Shown here in pieces: positions 1-12,825 of a stretch of 63,410 nt of DNA. The notes beneath the pieces are model-generated. The model was not told the origin of the DNA and made no database searches. It worked only from the letters and a program-made list of their open reading frames with translations. Origin of the DNA: Octopus bimaculoides (Eukaryota). Where the stretch lies: the NCBI RefSeq assembly GCF_001194135.2, contig NC_068986.1, positions 32,063,007 through 32,126,416 on the forward strand, given 5' to 3'. Each line of letters starts with the position of its first letter. Within the stretch, counting starts at the first letter, position 1. The position numbers were made by a program, and so were the translations under genes.

Positions 1-33
<33 letters not shown>

Positions 34-895
34 CATACTACATACTGATATACATGTAAATATATATACAGATATATGTGTGTGCGTGTGTATGTATATG
101 TGTGTATAGATAGGTAGATAGATTGACAGATTAGATATATAGATTGTTAGATAGGTGGATATCATGCATGAACGCGCACACGTAGAATGCGATTCTATGT
201 GATATTGTGTTGAAAATAATGTCTAGCATGTTGCATCGGTTCCTCTCGTTGCATCATCGTCAACGCAAAAACGCTAGTACGTTCTGTCATGTTTCCTTGT
301 AACATTACCCTCTTAGTATAAAGCAGTGCGCATGCTCAAGCATATACTTGTTCACACCGTCAAATGTCCGCCATTTTTTTTTGTTCTTGTTTTACTCTGC
401 TTGTTCTAATATAGCTATCGCATTGCCTTCAATCGCAACCACAAGTATCTGAGTTTGCGGCTCATAATTTTTATAATATTATTTGGCATGCGGTATAATT
501 CTATATATGTGATAGATAACTGGATATAGGTTTTATATTAGAAATCACATGTTATCTTTATCATGATATAATCTGTAATAATTTTAAGTAGAGAACAAAA
601 TATGCAAAAAAACAAACTATAACACACACACGCACGCACACACACAATTACACAAACAAACAATATAAAAAGAAACTAAAGATAAACGAAACATTTGCCT
701 GTAAGCGATTGTTCCCTATTGTGTTTTTATTAAATTTTAAATATTGTTATTGCTATCTCAGCGTTCATTTAGTTTTATTATATTATGCAAACAGATACAG
801 ACACGTACGCACACACATGCGCGCATACATATGCCCACACATGTAAACATACATACATACGTATATATATATATATATATATGTATGTATACATA

Positions 896-931
<36 letters not shown>

Positions 932-1392
932 TATACATTTATATATTATATCTCTCTATATCCATATACATACACACAAACGCATATTAGCACGTGTGTA
1001 TACACAATATGCATATCTTATATATCCATTCGTACGTATACACATGCGTACAAAAACATTCATGCGCTCATAGAAGCATGTATGAAAATATACATACATG
1101 CTGAATCACGTACATCCGTATATGCGCATACTTTCTATTAAACACACAAACACACACATATATATATATATATATAGAAACAAAATGAAAACAGATCCAC
1201 GCATGCAGAAATACACAAGCACACACATGTAAAAATATGAAAACAAAGAAGAAATAAAATTGAGGAAGAAATAAAAACAACAGACGCCCACACATAAAAT
1301 TCACATATCCACACAATTTTAACGTGTGAACACACTGAAAGATACGCACATGAAATGTTAAACACACAATCTCAAACATGCACATACATACA

Positions 1393-1442
<50 letters not shown>

Positions 1443-1712
1443 TTCACACATACTGACATATTAATACATACGCACATAAAACTCGAAACGAGCCCCAATC
1501 ACGTTGAAAAATCACACACCGTAAACGCGAACTAAGATTAACGGCCATATAAAATTCACACAAGCAAACGCATGTATCCATTGCCAGACATAGACACGCC
1601 TAAACACAGATGCAGTAACATACATTGACACGAATACTTATACATATATATACATACACGCACATGTATACTCAAATATACGCATATCATACGCACACAG
1701 AAATTTGAACAC

Positions 1713-1755
<43 letters not shown>

Positions 1756-2025
1756 TATGTTAAACATACGTATATGTACATTGAGAAATACACATAGAAA
1801 ATATCCATACCATCGTGGTAGAAGCAGGCATACGAACAAATATGATAATACATACGTACACAAGCATACACATATGAATTGACGCATTGAGGCAGATCCA
1901 TAAATTTACACACATACACCCGTGCGCACACACGCAGTCACATATACATATACACACTCATACACACACGCTCATTCACTCCCTACGCGTCGATCATTTT
2001 CACACGCCCATAAAATAGAAACATA

Positions 2026-2440
2026 CGTGGCTGTGTGGTAAGAAGCTTGCTTTCCAACCCCATGGTGCTGGGTTCAGTTCCATTGCGTGTCACCTTGGGC
2101 AGGTGTCTTCTATTGTAGCCTCAGGCCGACCAAAGCCTTGTGAATGGTTTTGGTAGACGGAAACTGAAAGAAGCCCGCTGCATATTAATATATATATATA
2201 TATATATTCATGTGTGTGTGAGTTTGTTTTATGTGTCTGTGTTTGTCCCCCCCCCCCACTACCGTCACTTGACAACCGATGCTGGTGTGTTTATGTCTCC
2301 GAAACTTAGCCCTCCGGCAAAAAGAGACCGATAGAATAAGTACTAGACTTCCAAAGAATAAGTTCTGGGGGTTGATTTGTTCGGCTAAAGGCGGTGCTCC
2401 TGCATGGCCGCAGTCAAATGACTGAAACGTGTAAAAGAGT
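2026..2440 (+). mobile_element. SINE family A, near full length, with internal (TA/TG)n tract
   Basis: Head GGCTGTGTGGTAAGAAGCTTGC..GGGTTCAGTTCC (A/B-box-like), CACCTTGGGCAGGTGTCTT segment, internal microsatellite, 3' CATGGCCGCAGTCAAATGACTGAAAC; homologous end to end to 23687-24118 and 27945-28319. Confidence 0.9.
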
Positions 2441-2608
2441 ATGCAAATATACTAACACAATCTCACATAACCCCCGCACACACATACATGCACACACACA
2501 TACACACATACACATACACACACAAAACAGTTTCTGCCTGTCTGTCTGTCTGTCTCCCTCACACTCATACACTCCCACATACACACGTTTATTGACATAA
2601 ATATCCCG

Positions 2609-2652
<44 letters not shown>

Positions 2653-2837
2653 TTATGCACATACACCTGCATTCATACATACTTTCGCACACACACACAC
2701 ACACACATCACAGATACACACACACAGATCACACACAAATGTAGAGATAAAGAAAAGTACATTGAATTTGTGTGGATATGTGTGTAGAAACACACACACA
2801 CACACTCACATATATATATGTACACATAAACACACAA

Positions 2838-2873
<36 letters not shown>

Positions 2874-3199
2874 GCAAATACACACACCAATACACACACA
2901 TATACAGGAGAACATACATTGTAATCATCGTAAAAAGACACACTCAGTCAGAGAAGCACATAAACACACGTACATACGTACATACACACACACAAACACA
3001 AACACATACCTCTATGTGTGTATGTGTACGCGCGTGTGTGTGTGTGTTTTATTTTAATTTTAATTTTTTCCTTAATTTAATTATCCAACCTAATCTAACA
3101 GTTTTAGTCTCTATGCACAAGTGGCAGAGCAATTTCAACATTATCATTGCTGCCATCATTACTCTGTGTGTGTCACTCTTGCCCTCCCTCCTCCAACCA

Positions 3200-3224
3200 T
3201 TTATCATCATCATCATCGTCGTCG

Positions 3225-3276
<52 letters not shown>

Positions 3277-3563
3277 TCTTATCATCATCATCATCCTTCT
3301 TATCATCATCATCATCATCATCATCATCGTCGTCGTCATTATCCTCCTCCTCCTCCTCCTCCTCATCATCATCATCGTCGTCGTCGTCGTCATTATCCCC
3401 CTCCTCCTCCTCCACCTCATCATCATCATCACAGTCATGATCATGACCATGGTCATTATCATCATCGTCGCTGTCCTCATCATCATTATCATCATCATCA
3501 TCATCATCATCACCACCAAGACCACCACGACCACCACCATCATTATCATTATCATCATCATCA

Positions 3564-3603
<40 letters not shown>

Positions 3604-3960
3604 GGGCGTCGTCTTCGTCGACGTCACATCAGCCAATGTATCGCCCTCGCGGTGGTGTACGTGCTCATTATGCCTATCATGGCTATCGTGATCATCATGG
3701 TGGTGATCATCCCCGTCGCCGTCGTTATCGTCATCGTCGTCGCCGCCGCCGCCATCATCGTCGTCATCGTCATCATACATAGTAGTCGCCATTGTGGTGG
3801 TGGTCATGGCGGTAGTCGTCGGGATGCTGGTTGTGGTGGTGGTGGTGGTGGTGGTGGTGATGATGGTCGTCGTTGTAGTCGTCGTAGTCGTCGTAGCAAA
3901 CATCACCATCATCATCATCGTCATCACTAACATCATCAGCCTCCTCTCCATCATTAACAT
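3200..3960. repeat. Compound trinucleotide microsatellite (CAT/CGT/CCT/GGT)n
   Basis: Directly visible; accounts for the poly-H, poly-I, poly-S, poly-D and poly-M ORFs. Confidence 0.95.
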
Positions 3961-4392
3961 CTACATGGTCACATAATCGTGAATACTGTGTACTGTACAA
4001 AAAACACCTTGTCATAAAAAATATAATTGACATCCATTATACACGCCTGCTTGCGCAATTTTTCGCTGCATGTATATATATATATATATATANNNNNNNN
4101 NNNNNNNNNNNNNNNNNNNNNNNNNNNNNNNNNNNNNNNNNNNNNNNNNNNNNNNNNNNNNNNNNNNNNNNNNNNNNNNNNNNNNNNNNNNNATCAATTC
4201 TTCCGTCTCACGCCAACTTCAAAAGAATTTCAGTCATAAAACTGTCCATGTCTCTTTTCATTTGATGCCCACTTCAAAAGATCCTCTTTCCCCAAAACAC
4301 ATATTAAAAAATATTTTCACTTGTCCTGCAATTGACCTCAGTACGCATTTGATTGGATCTAGTTTCAGCTCATGAGCTATGGCCATGCTGGG

Positions 4393-4435
<43 letters not shown>

Positions 4436-5310
4436 CATACACAGACGCACACGTCAAGATCACCAGCCCTCTTCCACACGCATATACGAACTCTCTTATA
4501 CACTCGCACGCGCACCTTCATTTTGGGATCACCACTACTTTATTATCTCCCTTTCTTCCTAGTTCTCATGTGTGACCCTCCTGTCCGGCATTCGCCATGA
4601 TAGATCGCTAACCATTACAAATTCTTGTGTTCTCTCCTTGTTTCTTTCTGTGTTCCTTTAACTTCACAGTCTCACATAACCGACCAGCAAAGAAACTGCG
4701 GTTTCATATGCTCGATAAGAGTGACCAACCAAACTTATACACATACTTTCTTTTCAAAATGGACACTACATTAAATATTCCATATATTTGGACAGTATGG
4801 CAACAATAAAGATCCCTATGGTCATTTTTTAAAGCATTGGTCAATTGATTTTTTTTACTTTTACCATCATCATGGTGAAGCATATTGGTTTACTCAAACA
4901 ACCGAATCACTAACAACATCTAAAACAGCAGTAACCAGGCAATATGAAAAAGTATAAGAACAACGAGCATATTTACACAAAATGCAAATAAAATTCTTTG
5001 TAACTTTAAGTAACCAGGTGCATAATTTCGATAAATATCGAGATAAAAGCTACTTTCTCGTGTATCTGAAAAGATCTGTACGTTTTCGGTATTCATTTTT
5101 GAAAAGTTCTAACTTCTCAGTGAAACTTATGACGATTCGTCGCCGGATAAGAATAACGTGGATAAGAACAGAATGTTCAAATCTAAAACAGGATGGAATA
5201 CGTACCTTACAACAATACTACTACGTACGATACGAATGCATGAACGTATGAAACAAACTGAGAGAAGCAGGAAACTTGTTAATATTATAAAGATACACCA
5301 TCTACACGCA

Positions 5311-5381
<71 letters not shown>

Positions 5382-5816
5382 NNNNNNNNNNNNNNNNNNN
5401 NNNNNNNNNNNNNNNNNNNNNNNNNNNNNNNNNNNNNNNNNNNNNNNNNNNNNNNNNNNNNNNNNNNNNNNNNNNNNNNNNNNNNNNNNNNNNNNNNNNN
5501 NNNNNNNNNNNNNNNNNNNNNNNNNNNNNNNNNNNNNNNNNNNNNNNNNNNNNNNNNNNNNNNNNNNNNNNNNNNNNNNNNNNNNNNNNNNNNNNNNNNN
5601 NNNNNNNNNNNNNNNNNNNNNNNNNNNNNNNNNNNNNNNNNNNNNNNNNNNNNNNNNNNNNNNNNNNNNNNNNNNNNNNNNNNNNNNNNNNNNNNNNNNN
5701 NNNNNNNNNNNNNNNNNNNNNNNNNNNNNNNNNNNNNNNNNNNNNNNNNNNNNNNNNNNNNNNNNNNNNNNNNNNNNNNNNNNNNNNNNNNNNNNNNNNN
5801 NNNNNNNNNNNNNNNN

Positions 5817-5870
<54 letters not shown>

Positions 5871-5911
5871 CTAGCAATAAGAAAATGGAGTGGAATATGA
5901 GGAGAATATGT

Positions 5912-5953
5912 GGATCAACTGGAACCCTCACCGTCGAAACCGACGGAGTGCCA
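5912..5953 (+). mobile_element. 42-bp 3'-terminal stub of SINE family C
   Basis: GGATCAACTGGAACCCTCACCGTCGAAACCGACGGAGTGCCA matches the 3' end of the copies at 48363 and 62384. Confidence 0.75.
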
Positions 5954-6696
5954 TTTTTCTTTTGATGTATTTATTTATTTATTTATATACACATTCACTA
6001 TTTAATTGACCGAAGTTATAAATGGTCTTACACATATGTTTGTGTGTATGCGTGAATGTATGTGTATATAAGATTCGCAGATTTTTACAAATCTGTAGAT
6101 GACAATGCTCTTCTTAGTATGAGGAAAGATATCAATCCCTCAATAAAATTCAGAATACTTTAAAAAAACCCGCATAAAAAAAATGACACCTTCACAGAAT
6201 CTATAAAGTGTATTAACGTAACTTTAAAAAAATATTTAGATTTAAGATCCAGTGTTTATATTAAGCAAGCTTTATACGGAGATAAAATCTGTTTTAAGTT
6301 GATCTCTCAGGCTATTACAAATAAACATTACTGTTTTTCTTATGCATACATAAAGCTGTAGTTTTTTTTTTCTGTACTAGGTAAGTCTGTATCAATTTGG
6401 AGAATTTTTTCCTTGCTTTGTACAGTGTTTGTAAACAGTTGATGCCATTCTCTTGCAGGAAAATTTTCATCTGAATCTATGTTGTTAATTGATATGTGTT
6501 TTCTGATGTTAAAATACGAAATACGTATGTGTCCTTCCATAGCTGCGCAGTCCAATAATTAAATGTATATATATATATATATATTGTTGTACTTGGGGAT
6601 GGTCATATTACCAGTTTAGCCAATAAAAACACACGCACTGTATATTTGGTGTTAATTTGCTTCAGCTTTATATTACATTAATCTTAATCTTATTTC

Positions 6697-6741
6697 GGCC
6701 AGAGTTCTTTCGTCACACTTCTGTGACCTCATCAGTGGTCC
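6697..6741 (-). ncRNA. Minimal type-I hammerhead ribozyme motif
   Basis: Minus strand GGACCA-CUGAUGA-G-GUCACA-GAAG-UGUGAC-GAAA-GAACUC/UGGCC: intact core, perfect 6-bp helix II, CUC cleavage triplet, helix I GGACCA/UGGCC with one bulge. Confidence 0.75.
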
Positions 6742-7722
6742 TATATATATNNNNNNNNNNNNNNNNNNNNNNNNNNNNNNNNNNNNNNNNNNNNNNNNNN
6801 NNNNNNNNNNNNNNNNNNNNNNNNNNNNNNNNNNNNNNNNNNNNNNNNNNNNNNNNNNNNNNNNNNNNNNNNNNNNNNNNNNNNNNNNNNNNNNNNNNNN
6901 NNNNNNNNNNNNNNNNNNNNNNNNNNNNNNNNNNNNNNNNNNNNNNNNNNNNNNNNNNNNNNNNNNNNNNNNNNNNNNNNNNNNNNNNNNNNNNNNNNNN
7001 NNNNNNNNNNNNNNNNNNNNNNNNNNNNNNNNNNNNNNNNNNNNNNNNNNNNNNNNNNNNNNNNNNNNNNNNNNNNNNNNNNNNNNNNNNNNNNNNNNNN
7101 NNNNNNNNNNNNNNNNNNNNNNNNNNNNNNNNNNNNNNNNNNNNNNNNNNNNNNNNNNNNNNNNNNNNNNNNNNNNNNNNNNNNNNNNNNNNNNNNNNNN
7201 NNNNNNNNNNNNNNNNNNNNNNNNNNNNNNNNNNNNNNNNNNNNNNNNNNNNNNNNNNNNNNNNNNNNNNNNNNNNNNNNNNNNNNNNNNNNNNNNNNNN
7301 NNNNNNNNNNNNNNNNNNNNNNNNNNNNNNNNNNNNNNNNNNNNNNNNNNNNNNNNNNNNNNNNNNNNNNNNNNNNNNNNNNNNNNNNNNNNNNNNNNNN
7401 NNNNNNNNNNNNNNNNNNNNNNNNNNNNNNNNNNNNNNNNNNNNNNNNNNNNNNNNNNNNNNNNNNNNNNNNNNNNNNNNNNNNNNNNNNNNNNNNNNNN
7501 NNNNNNNNNNNNNNNNNNNNNNNNNNNNNNNNNNNNNNNNNNNNNNNNNNNNNNNNNNNNNNNNNNNNNNNNNNNNNNNNNNNNNNNNNNNNNNNNNNNN
7601 NNNNNNNNNNNNNNNNNNNNNNNNNNNNNNNNNNNNNNNNNNNNNNNNNNNNNNNNNNNNNNNNNNNNNNNNNNNNNNNNNNNNNNNNNNNNNNNNNNNN
7701 NNNNNNNNNNNNNNNNNNNNNN

Positions 7723-8015
7723 ATGTATGTATGTTTGTATGTATGTATGTATGTATGTATGCATGCATGCATGTGTGTATGTATGTATATATGTTTGTGT
7801 GTGTATGTATGCATGTATGTATGCATGTATGTATGTATGTATGTATGCATGTATGTATGTATGTATGTATGCATGTATGCATGTGTGTGTGTGTGCGTGT
7901 ATGTATGTGCATGTGTGTATGTGCATGTGTGCCTGTTACACCCAGACACGCCTACATGCATACATACATACATACATACATACATACATACATACATACA
8001 TACATACATACATGC
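7723..8015. repeat. (GTAT)n followed by its reverse complement (ATAC)n
   Basis: GTAT-type tract 7723-7930, short spacer, ATAC tract 7957-8015. Confidence 0.9.
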
Positions 8016-8078
8016 ATAGAATGTATAATGAAAGAGGAAATAGATACGGAAAGCGGTCAGAATGCGAAGTAGATAGAT

Positions 8079-8121
<43 letters not shown>

Positions 8122-8675
8122 GAGAGAGAGAAAGAAAGAGAGAGAGAAAGATAGAGAGAGAGAGAGAGAGAGGGAGAGAGGGAGAGAGAAAGAGAAAGAG
8201 AGAGTCATTGAGGGTTATGAGAGAGGCTACATATTTTCCACATGTATAACACATGAAATTGGCGTGGCTCTTAACTTCGTCATTCCGTATCAACAAAGTC
8301 AGCACTGACAACAGCAACAACAACAGGAGCAAGAACAACAGAAACAGCAGCAAGAACAAGAATAACAAAAACATCACCAGCAGCAGCAGCAACCGCAGCA
8401 GCAGCAACCGCAGTAGCAGCATCAACAACGGCAATATCGTTAGACACTTAGCACGATGCAATGGATCGTGATGTACTAGAATCTGGAGTACGATTCCTTT
8501 CTAATTCATAGGATCCCTAACACAAGACACTGACCATTTCCTCAATGCCACATCACTCTCAGATTTCGTGATAGGTGAAGTGAATACTTTCTTGGCCACA
8601 TTTTTGCTCCCTCACCCTCCATTTCGTTTACATGGAGCATTCCAGCAAAGATAATGTACCATGACGAAAAGCCGA

Positions 8676-8706
<31 letters not shown>

Positions 8707-8717
8707 AATGATGTTGG

Positions 8718-8749
<32 letters not shown>

Positions 8750-9840
8750 GTGATGATGATGGTGATGACGACGACGGCGACGATGCTGATAACGATCTGG
8801 TGTAGAATTCCAGTACGGCCGCAACAGCTATTAGTTGAGATGGCCTCATTTAGCCGGTCAGCGATAGGAAATCTGGATCGCGCAAGATTCTATGATGCTT
8901 GAACTTGAAATGTGTTCGAGCAAATGTTCATTCCGCAGCACTGGCTCGGAGTTCGTTCCAATGCTGTACAACTGACTGTGAAACTAAAGGAAAACATTGC
9001 TGCTATTACAATATCTGAATGTAATTCAGTTTAATTTGAATTATCTGTTCAGTCGCCCCATTCAAATATATTTCATGCGACATCGAATATAATTTTAATA
9101 TGATCTGGTCTAGTTATTTATAGAACTGCACCCTGCCTGGTTAAATGTCCGAATAGAAATAATTCTGAGGGCGTTTGTCTGCATTTATTCATTGGCAATT
9201 CGGTAAAATTCAACAAGCCTTTTTTGACTCACTAAACTTTAGCCCATTTAAGCGTCTATAATACTGAACGGAGTGTTCATTGCTTAAATGTATCGCCATC
9301 AAATTTGTTGCAATTGCGTGATGGTTTCATTATAATATTCTGCTGGAAAGTTATTTTGTTTTAAACATTTCTATTCGATTTTTTCAATTATCTCAAATTC
9401 CTTAATAAAATTCACACCCTAAGGAGATATATACCTTAGCTACTTGCCACTTTATCTTAGCAGATAAGATATCTACGTTATTAAAAATGTTATCAAACCT
9501 ACATTTAAAAAGAAAAAAAAAACCGTTAAAGAAATGGCGGATATTGATGTAACGTTTTCACTTCCGTCTGAATTTTTGGAGAATTTTTTGGATTAAAAAA
9601 TATTTTGTTCGATCTTAATCAATAAAAACTAAATTTCTTTTGTTTTTCTTAAACACTAACATTATTTTTGTTTGTTTGGCGTAGCAAGAGTTATGCAAAC
9701 TTGTTTACTCTGATACAAAAATATTTACTGCGGTGGATGAATTCAGACGGTTTAACACATGACAGTAAATACTACACAGGACTGAGGACAGAATGAGAGA
9801 AGGAGAGGAAGGAGAGGAAGGTATAGGAAGAAGCAAATAA

Positions 9841-9843
<3 letters not shown>

Positions 9844-9934
<91 letters not shown>
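9844..9934. repeat. (GA)n dinucleotide, about 45 units
   Basis: Directly visible. Confidence 0.95.
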
Positions 9935-9938
<4 letters not shown>

Positions 9939-10447
9939 CGAGACAGTGAGAGTGTGGGAGTTATTCCAGTAAATATCATTGATGAATTTTGTTCAAGAAT
10001 ACGGTTAACTGCTGAGTTATGGACGACAACTTTTCTGTTGAATCTGAAACTTAATGTTTTCAGCTTTTCCTGTTTCAACAACACAGCTTCATTTGTTACT
10101 AATTAGGAGACATTGATCAAAGCTACCTGGAATCCTGCTTTCCGTCTCCTTCCTTAAAATAAAATACATATCGTCGGTATGAACATAAGTATGTGTGTAT
10201 GAGTGTGTCGTTGTGTGTGTGTAGGAGTGTGTTAGCAGGTATGTGGAAGAGAGAAGAGAAAGAGGGGGAAAACTAGTATGTATATGCTTATATATGTATA
10301 CGATACATACACGCAGTAAAAGACTGGTCATGTGACTGATTATTGAAATGCAAATAGTATTTGTCTATGTGATATTGTTGAACATACACACAGACAAATC
10401 GCAAGCAGCATAAACACCATCTCTCAAACCAAACACCACAAACAACT

Positions 10448-10448
10448 G

Positions 10449-10526
<78 letters not shown>

Positions 10527-10565
10527 AATCTATCTATCAATCTATCTATCTATCTATCTATCTAT
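10448..10565. repeat. (TCTA)n tetranucleotide
   Basis: Directly visible. Confidence 0.95.
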
Positions 10566-10586
10566 GCATATACACCTTCTAATATA

Positions 10587-10653
10587 CAAGGTTATTCAAA
10601 TCGAATGAACCAATTTCATTACGCAATATTTTAATAAGAAAAAGCAATCGAAG
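10587..10653. mobile_element. Isolated terminal fragment of the Tc1/mariner-type element at 10782
   Basis: TA|CAAGGTTATTCAAATCGAATGAACCAATTTCATTACGCAATATTTTAATAAG closely matches TA|CAGGGTTATTCAAAAAGAATGAACCGATTTCATTACGCAATATTTTAATAAG at 10782. Confidence 0.8.
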
Positions 10654-10781
10654 TGTTGGAGGAGAGGTACGATGTTGAGGAAGAGTTTCTTTATTTTGTT
10701 GAATTGCGTCAGTCCACTTTTGGTCGCATGAGGTGGTCATGATCCTTCCACAACAATTATATATATGTATTAGTAGGTATA

Positions 10782-11340
10782 CAGGGTTATTCAAAAAGAA
10801 TGAACCGATTTCATTACGCAATATTTTAATAAGGAAATGCAATCGAAGACTCCAGCTAAGTCACAAGTATTTACTCACAATCAACTTTTATTTCCTGTCT
10901 TACAAGTGTTTTATGTGGCCACCACCTGCAGCACGGGCAACATCAATGCGATAAGAGAATTCCTCCCAGACGCGTATCAGCAGATCACGATCCACTGAGT
11001 TGATTGCTGTTGTTATTTGATGTTTAAGGTCATCGAGGTTAGTGGATTGCACTGACTCNNNNNNNNNNCCAGACGCGTATCAGCAGATCACGATCCACTG
11101 AGTTGATTGCTGTTGTTATTTGATGTTTAAGGTCATCGAGGTTAGTGGATTGCACTGACTCCACCGCGGTTAGTGGGTAGCAGTGGAGTTTTCTCGCTAC
11201 CCATGACCTTAAACATCAAATAACAACAGCGATCAACTCAGTGGATCGTGATATGCTGATACGCGTCTGGGAGGAATCCTCTTATCGCGTTGATGTTGCC
11301 CGTGCTGCAGGTGGTGGCCACATTGAACACTTGTAAGACA
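10782..11340. mobile_element. Fold-back Tc1/mariner-superfamily derivative made of two inverted copies of the transposase 3' end
   Basis: TA-flanked terminus at 10782; 138-bp inverted arms 10896-11033 and 11203-11340; minus 11045-10900 reads PTNLDDLKHQITTAINSVDRDLLIRVWEEFSYRIDVARAAGGGHIKHL*, plus 11202-11336 reads HDLKHQITTAINSVDRDMLIRVWEESSYRVDVARAAGGGHIEHL*, a typical transposase C-terminus. Confidence 0.8.
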
Positions 11341-12251
11341 CCTTTTTTCCTTTCGTACCTATACTTTTCATCTCTTCCTCTTCTCTCCTTCCTCCATACA
11401 TTGTCTCATTCAAACATACTCGCTTGCTCGAATGCTGACAACCATACTCTCATTACTGGTCTATCATTCTCAATTACTTGTCAATTCCTACTTTCTTTTT
11501 TTCTTTTCCGTCACTTCCTCTTCCTCAACATCGTACCGCTCCTCCAACACTTAAACATCGTCTGCTCCAATGAAATATATTTTCCATTAATACCACTTTA
11601 CAACAGCATAACGCATATCGGCCTAGATGTAACCTCAATACCAACACGGTAGACCATCTCTGCTCTAAAGCTGAATTTATTTTTTTAAAGGATTGCATTG
11701 ACACGCGATTAGCCACATTATTTACTACTGACGACTCCGCTGCCCTTGATTTATTCAACTTCTCTTTAATTTCTAGCTTTAATATTCGAGTAAATATTTT
11801 AACAACACATGTATATTTACATATATAAGCTTGTGCACTTTTAACAATTACCTATATGCATACACACGTGTGTAGCAGTATTACGTCAGAATATTGTTAC
11901 AGTCGTAAAGTATATCTCATAACTGGTTTCTTTTGATTACGACCTGCATCCTAAGCGTAATTGCTAAGGTCAGAATTGAAAGTGATTTCTCAAAACATTC
12001 AAAGATATTCACAGGCTAAGTTAAACTTTAAATGATTATGTCTGCATACATGTATATACATGCATACATACATACATGGATGGATGAATAAATACATACA
12101 TACACACATGCAAATATGCACACATACAATCATACATAAATGCGTACACACATATATACATACATACATATATACATACACACGCACGTAAACACACACA
12201 AACACGCGCGCGCACACACACATAAATAGATAAATACATAGATAGACAAAT

Positions 12252-12286
<35 letters not shown>

Positions 12287-12556
12287 ATACATGCATATAT
12301 CTACAGAGAGATAGGCAGAGAGACAGAGATAGAGGGAGAAAGAGAGAGAGAGAGACAGACAGACAGGGAGAGAGACAGACAGACAGGGAGAGAGATAGCG
12401 GGAGAGAGAGAGACAGAGAAAAAAAAAGAGGGAGGTTATGAGTTTCAGTATATGTTTGTATATTTGTATAAGCATATCATTTTATACACATAGTTTCTTA
12501 ATAGATGCTGCTAATAGTTTCATGCTGAGGAAACAATAATTCGGCAGATTTATATA

Positions 12557-12650
12557 TTCATACCTTGTGTCTCCAAGCAATTCTTTCGGCTCGAGTTTAC
12601 AAAATGGCTCTGTTGTGTATTCCAATTTGCTGGGAGACACAAGGCATGAA
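12557..12650. other. 94-nt imperfect hairpin
   Basis: TTCATACCTTGTGTCTCCAAGCAATT (12557-12582) pairs with AATTTGCTGGGAGACACAAGGCATGAA (12624-12650), two mismatches and one bulge. Confidence 0.7.
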
Positions 12651-12792
12651 GTATAAATAATTATTGTGTTTCTACAGCATGAAAATATTAGTAGCACATA
12701 ATGAAATACTGTGTATATTAAGTGATATTTATCTCTCACAAGATCTAGTACATTTTTTGTTGAGCCTTCTAATAACGGTATAGTAACCTATA

Positions 12793-12823
<31 letters not shown>

Positions 12824-12825
<2 letters not shown>

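Noticed and set aside
2762-3960. Long His-, Pro-, Ile-, Asp- and Met-rich ORFs (269-309 aa)
   Set aside because: Translations of trinucleotide microsatellites open in several frames on both strands; no domain or splice support
4630-4809. Strong acceptor at 4669 followed by VSHNRPAKKLRFHMLDK
   Set aside because: No recognisable protein and no convincing donor; such acceptors are common in pyrimidine-rich DNA
6657-8072. ORFs of 200-625 aa spanning X runs here and at the other gaps
   Set aside because: Artefacts of N gaps, which contain no stop codons
10966-11161. 93-bp exact direct duplication (10966-11058 and 11069-11161)
   Set aside because: Identical copies on either side of a 10-N gap indicate an unmerged contig overlap
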